Shown here piece by piece: positions 59,451 through 64,000 of a stretch of 64,000 nt of DNA (position 1 is the first letter of the stretch; the number at the start of each line of letters is the position of its first letter). The translations under genes were made by a program, and so were the position numbers. Source of the stretch: Nitrospirota bacterium (GTDB taxonomy: Bacteria; Nitrospirota; 9FT-COMBO-42-15; HDB-SIOI813); the NCBI GenBank assembly GCA_016212215.1, contig JACRGV010000009.1:63-64062 (forward strand), written 5' to 3'. Below the pieces are notes generated by a model. It was not told the DNA's origin, searched no databases, and was given only the letters and a program-made list of their open reading frames with translations.

Positions 59451-61364
59451 ACTATTGTAAAACGATTACTGCAAATTAAGCTGTTTGTTATACTATCCAT
59501 TCTTCTCTCATACTCATATTCTTATGCCGGTGATATAAGCGGTGATATGGAGGATTTACTTGCACTTTTTTCAGAAGAAAAGATGGTAATTACCCCCTCT
59601 AAATATTTACAGCCGGTGAGTGAATCCCCATCAACCACAACCGTTATTACATCTGAAGAGATTATGCACTCAGGGGCAACAACGATTCCTGATATTTTGA
59701 GAATGGTACCTGGTATGGAAGTTATGCAGACAAGCACCCCGGAATTTAATCTTAGTATCAGAGGAGACAATCAGTTACTTGCCGACAAACTCCTTGTCCT
59801 TATAGACGGCCGTACATTTCAGGAAGAGGTGCAGAATACAGTAATATGGAGCGCGATCCCCATATCACTGGAAGAGATTGACCATATAGAAATAATCCGG
59901 GGGCCAGGCTCAGCCATGTGGGGGGCGAATGCCTTTGACGGTGTAGTGAATATAATTACAAAACGACCCGGCAGTATGAAAGGTACAACTATATCAGCAG
60001 TCGGCGGGCAGGTTGGGACAGGTATAGGGAATCTGATTCATGAAGGGGAAAATAATGGGATAGCCTACAGATTTTCTGTTGGTTATAGCCGGGCAGATAC
60101 ACTTCCAGGCAGGGAAGATGCAAGGTTTCATGTAGATGGCCGTGAACAGGGGCTTGATGTCTCACGCGGCAATGTAATGATTGAATACCGGCTTTCCCAA
60201 AAAAGAAGGGCCATTCTTGCCGGCGGAAAAAGTGAGCTTCCGGTTTATGATGGACCAAGGTTTGATGACGGTTGGGGTGATACGGATATTCAATATGACT
60301 ATCTGCAATTCAATTATGAGGGGGAAAATTCACAATTCAGGGCTTACTGGAATAAATATGACATCAAGATAAATTATTTGGATATAAGCGGGCAAAACGA
60401 CCCGGATAATCCATTACCATTTGTTGTTGACATTAACTCTGAACTATATAACCTTGAGTGGAATTATAGATTGGACTTAGGGAATTCACACCAGATAATT
60501 GGCGGGGTTAATTATCGTCATAATGATGCAGGAGGACCTTTCATAGATCCTGCTACACGCCGCCCATTGAGTATGACCGGACTTTTTCTACAGGAAGAGT
60601 GGCGGCCTGTGAAACCGGTTACTGTGATAATCGGTGCAAGATATGATCGCCATACAATCTTTGATAATACCATAAGCCCAAGGGCAGCAATTCTTTATCA
60701 ACCGGTGCCCCATAATACCTTTCGTATATCTTCCGGTATGGCATACAGGTCACCTACCCCATTTGAAATATTTGCTCTTTATGGTGCAAATCCTGATCTT
60801 GCTTATGAAAAGATTCTTACGTATGAGGCAGGATATTCCACGCTTTTATTTCAAAGGTTGAAAGGAGATGTTAACTTCTTCTATAACAGATTAACTGACC
60901 TGATAGATGTAGAGGCAGACCCTAATATTAATAAATTTAATTATGGGGTTTACGGCGGTGAAATCAACGGGGAGCTATTATTAAATGAACGGTTTACAAC
61001 CTTCTTTAATTATTCAAATCAAAAGTTACATAGATATAATAATAAAAGGGTGATACGAAACAATCCTGCACATAAGGTTAATGGCGGAATCCGTCTTCAT
61101 ATCAGTGACTCTTTATCAGCAAATCTGATGATACATTACGTCTCAAAGATTGAATATGATTCAAACATGCCGCCAAAACTTTTAGTATCTGATACAACAG
61201 ACCCTTATACACTTGCTAATCTACAGATTAAATATAGTGTATTAAAAAATAAGATGGATATTGCTTTATCAGTATTCAATCTGTTTAACAATGTCCACAG
61301 GGAACACTGGTTCGGTGATGAAATAGGTACCCGTGTGCTGGCGCATATTACTTACCGTATGTAA
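59445..61364 (+). CDS. TonB-dependent outer membrane receptor
   Basis: plug motifs P....VIT.EEI..SG, LVLIDGR, IEIIRGPGSA.WGANA..GVVNIITK; C-terminal NLFN. Confidence 0.93.
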   Translation: MNTIVKRLLQIKLFVILSILLSYSYSYAGDISGDMEDLLALFSEEKMVITPSKYLQPVSESPSTTTVITSEEIMHSGATTIPDILRMVPGMEVMQTSTPEFNLSIRGDNQLLADKLLVLIDGRTFQEEVQNTVIWSAIPISLEEIDHIEIIRGPGSAMWGANAFDGVVNIITKRPGSMKGTTISAVGGQVGTGIGNLIHEGENNGIAYRFSVGYSRADTLPGREDARFHVDGREQGLDVSRGNVMIEYRLSQKRRAILAGGKSELPVYDGPRFDDGWGDTDIQYDYLQFNYEGENSQFRAYWNKYDIKINYLDISGQNDPDNPLPFVVDINSELYNLEWNYRLDLGNSHQIIGGVNYRHNDAGGPFIDPATRRPLSMTGLFLQEEWRPVKPVTVIIGARYDRHTIFDNTISPRAAILYQPVPHNTFRISSGMAYRSPTPFEIFALYGANPDLAYEKILTYEAGYSTLLFQRLKGDVNFFYNRLTDLIDVEADPNINKFNYGVYGGEINGELLLNERFTTFFNYSNQKLHRYNNKRVIRNNPAHKVNGGIRLHISDSLSANLMIHYVSKIEYDSNMPPKLLVSDTTDPYTLANLQIKYSVLKNKMDIALSVFNLFNNVHREHWFGDEIGTRVLAHITYRM

Positions 61365-61369
61365 TTTCT
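61320..61369 (+). repeat. left copy of 50-bp direct repeat = 3' end and stop of the TonB receptor gene
   Basis: 48/50 identical to 63287-63336. Confidence 0.95.
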
Positions 61370-61420
61370 TACATTGTAATTATGTGGAGTTATGGGGGGA
61401 TTTTCTGTTTTAGGCTGATC

Positions 61421-61474
61421 ATTATGCTTCTTTAAATCTGCTCTCGCTTTGACCTCATCCCATTCAAATGTGAT
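61421..61474 (-). pseudogene. BrnT-family toxin N-terminal remnant
   Basis: translates ITFEWDEVKARADLKKHN, matching the FEWDxxKxxxNxxKH pattern. Confidence 0.6.
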
Positions 61475-61483
61475 TTATACAAC

Positions 61484-62929
61484 TTAACCGGATAAGTCAG
61501 GATTACCTTTCTCCTGAATCAGTTCGTCAGGCCCGATTAACATCACCTCTCCTCTCGTACTTGCCTCCCGTAGTTCCTTTGAAAAAAGACCGCGCCCTGA
61601 AAATAGGGCAAGCCTTACCTCATGATCCGCTATCAGGGACTTCACACGTATCCTGAGTTTTTCCAGGTAACCGTAGGTAATCGGTTCACCCCACTTGCAC
61701 TCACCCATGATCAGTGAACCGTCTCCGAGTTCTGCACAGATATCAATATCAAAATCCCTGTCCCAGTGCCTCCCAATCCGCTTAATATACAATTCACTTT
61801 TTGGTAACCAGTCATAAACCAGAAAATCCCTGCAAAGGGATTCAAATGCATCGCCCATGAAATCATCAAGAAATGGGAGTACACCATTTTTTACCACTGC
61901 TTTTCCGCTCATAGATCTTATTGCAGTCTGGTTCGGCAGTACGAACCTGTACCAGAACCTGATAAAATGGTCTGAAATGCGGTAACGATTGTTGCGTGAT
62001 TTTTCCGGCGCACGTGAGAAGAAGGGCGCTGTCTTTTCCACTATTCCAAGCTCAATCAGGGTCGTCAGGTAGCGGGCAGCCGTTGGGGTATTTTCACACC
62101 CGGATATGTTTGCGATCTCCCCTATGGATGTCTTGCCTTCAGCAAGTGCCCTCAGCACTGAATTGTATCTGGCCGGTTCCCGTAACTCCTGCTGGAGGAT
62201 GAAAAAAACCTCGTTGTACAGGAACCCTGTAGGAGAAAAGGCAGTTGCTGTAAGCATATCCGCGAGTTTGGTTTTTTCTTCAATCAGGTTAAGGTAAGCA
62301 GGGATGTTCCCAAAAATTCCATAAGTTTTAAGGCGGTCACGTACAGGCCACCCTTCGGAAAACTTAAAAACAGAGGCCGGTCTCAGCCCCTCTAGCTTCA
62401 ACTGACCTGTACGTCTTCCAAAAAGCGGTGACCTTTCTCCCAGTACCTCGTCTTCCATGAAAGATACGGACGAACCGCAAAGGATAAGGAACATCTTCGT
62501 GTGGCGGCCTGTGTTATCCCAAAACCTCTGGATGATGGACGGAAGAGCCGGATTCCCCTTGCACAGATACGGGAACTCATCTAATATGACGAGAAGACGT
62601 TCTGTCCTTGCCCTCTCTGCAAGCAAAGTCAAAGCCCCGTGCCAGTCATGGAATGCGACACCGGAAAGCACAGCATCCCCGGGAAGGGACGACACAACGC
62701 TATGCTGAAAGTCCCTCAGGTTTAAAGCCTCATCCTGCAGCGAAGCCTCATAATAGACATGCCGCCGCCCTTTTGCCCCTTTTGCCCGTTTTGCCCCATT
62801 TGCAATGTGCAGCAACAATTCGGATTTGCCTATTCTGCGTCTGCCGTACATTATAAAAAGTTCGGCTTTGCCACTATCATATCGTTGGATTAAGGCTTCA
62901 AGTTCATTCTCACGTCCGATAAATCGCAT
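61484..62929 (-). CDS. ATPase_2 (archaeal-type AAA) + wHTH + DUF234 PD-(D/E)xK-like protein
   Basis: FIGRE.EL, GRRRIGKS, VILDEFPY, DHFIRFWYRF, FE..C, W....DIDI...GECKW. Confidence 0.92.
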   Translation of the reverse strand: MRFIGRENELEALIQRYDSGKAELFIMYGRRRIGKSELLLHIANGAKRAKGAKGRRHVYYEASLQDEALNLRDFQHSVVSSLPGDAVLSGVAFHDWHGALTLLAERARTERLLVILDEFPYLCKGNPALPSIIQRFWDNTGRHTKMFLILCGSSVSFMEDEVLGERSPLFGRRTGQLKLEGLRPASVFKFSEGWPVRDRLKTYGIFGNIPAYLNLIEEKTKLADMLTATAFSPTGFLYNEVFFILQQELREPARYNSVLRALAEGKTSIGEIANISGCENTPTAARYLTTLIELGIVEKTAPFFSRAPEKSRNNRYRISDHFIRFWYRFVLPNQTAIRSMSGKAVVKNGVLPFLDDFMGDAFESLCRDFLVYDWLPKSELYIKRIGRHWDRDFDIDICAELGDGSLIMGECKWGEPITYGYLEKLRIRVKSLIADHEVRLALFSGRGLFSKELREASTRGEVMLIGPDELIQEKGNPDLSG

Positions 62930-63020
62930 GATATAAAGACCTCCTGTTGCTATTATACGATATATTATAAAATACGATTAATTAAATCAAGAGTTATTTA
63001 TGATTTTGTCTTGACCCGGG

Positions 63021-63274
63021 GGATTCTGGGGACATCCATGATAAGGGTCTGTCATGAAATAACTTGTGCATTTAGGCGCTCAGATTTCGGTCAGGTTTGA
63101 GTGCGACCGATTGAGCAAACCCGAAGGCGTAGTTGAATCTACGCTGAGGGGTTGCGATTGATGAGCACACAAAGATGGCCGGAAGATGAGATGCATAAAT
63201 GTATAGGTTATTTTATGACAGACCCTAAGTATAGAATCAAGAATCTGAATTTAAAATGGATGTCCGCAGAATCC
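63021..63274. mobile_element. inverted-repeat element containing a nested 181-bp MITE (63045-63225)
   Basis: outer IR GGATTCTGGGGACATCCAT / ATGGATGTCCGCAGAATCC; inner TIR GGGTCTGTCATGAAATAAC with TAA on both sides. Confidence 0.78.
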
Positions 63275-63286
63275 ATCGGGTTGTTA

Positions 63287-63336
63287 GAAATAGGAACCCG
63301 TGTGCCGGCGCATATTACTTACCGTATGTAATTTCT
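63287..63336 (+). repeat. right copy of the duplicated TonB-receptor 3' end
   Basis: GAAATAGGAACCCGTGTGCCGGCGCATATTACTTACCGTATGTAATTTCT. Confidence 0.95.
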
Positions 63337-63426
63337 GACGTTTGCTTACCAATTTTACTTCTGTTATATTTAGCCGTACGTTTAACCTTTCCTTTTTTTT
63401 CATTTAGCATCAACACGGGGTGATTT

Positions 63427-64000
63427 ATGAAGTTATCATCAGCATTGAGAAAAAGGCTTGCTGAAACACTGAAGGAAAAGGACTATCTTGAGACAATATT
63501 AAATGGAATAAAACACAGGATAATACTTATAAACAGGGAGTATAAGATACTCCATTTTAATAAGGCTGCTTTAGGAGATCGCAGGGATTTAATAGAGAAT
63601 AATGAACTGTATTGTTACAGAATATTTGAGAACCGAGATTCAATCTGTCCTGACTGTCCTGCAACAACCACATTTGTAACCGGAGAAGTAGTTCACATTC
63701 AGAGGCAATATAAAAACAGTTCAGGAGATGAATTAAGTTATAAGATATCTTCATATCCTGTAATGAACAGAAACGGACATGTTGAGAATGCAATATTAGC
63801 CGCAAGAGACATAACAGAGATTTACAAAGCAGAGCAGATGAAGAATGACCTGCTTAGAATGTTGACACATGATATAAGAAACCCTGTACTTGCAACTGCA
63901 CATACACTTGAGACCCTTCTTAATTGTTCATCCACACAAAAGAAATTTGAAACCCCTGTTCAGGAGATTTTATGTGAGACAAGGGATAACTGTGAACTGT
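63427..64000 (+). CDS. PAS-domain histidine kinase (runs off the window end)
   Basis: own translation MKLSSALRK...CY..F....ICPDCP...RDITE...LTHDIRNP; open to 64000. Confidence 0.85.
   Translation, partial: MKLSSALRKRLAETLKEKDYLETILNGIKHRIILINREYKILHFNKAALGDRRDLIENNELYCYRIFENRDSICPDCPATTTFVTGEVVHIQRQYKNSSGDELSYKISSYPVMNRNGHVENAILAARDITEIYKAEQMKNDLLRMLTHDIRNPVLATAHTLETLLNCSSTQKKFETPVQEILCETRDNCEL

Overview
AT-rich bacterial chromosome segment. The ilvB-ilvN-ilvC-psd-pssA-leuA-leuCD-leuB-asd gene order, PEP-CTERM gene and sigma54 promoters suggest a Nitrospirota/Desulfobacterota-like organism (inference). Bases 1-29 kb are a cell-envelope island: radical SAM/SPASM, two AlkP-family phosphodiesterases, GT4, MFP+TolC, an acyltransferase-flippase fusion, TPR and GT39-like membrane proteins, a glycoside hydrolase, two FG-GAP/UnbV proteins, an Ig-like lipoprotein, a PEP-CTERM protein and GT2. 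Bases 29-64 kb hold a hybrid kinase, BCAA biosynthesis, iscS, queA, comM, a 2-oxoacid dehydrogenase/lipB cluster (E1-beta has a premature TAA) and a TonB-receptor locus. The most notable signals are three. (1) Two ATPase_2/DUF234-type genes each sit antisense behind a host gene and are bracketed by a long direct duplication of that host gene's 3' end (about 113 bp and 50 bp), with no integrase, transposase or terminal inverted repeats. This is a candidate undescribed mode of cassette mobility. (2) Intergenic arrays in which a conserved ~49-nt linker with a co-varying hairpin alternates with interchangeable palindromic payloads. Some of these supply start codons and one is inserted in frame into the E2 gene. 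(3) An IS66-like MITE with an 8-bp TSD carrying a four-helix-bundle gene remnant, plus nested MITEs. All coordinates and alignments were read by eye and no database search was run.
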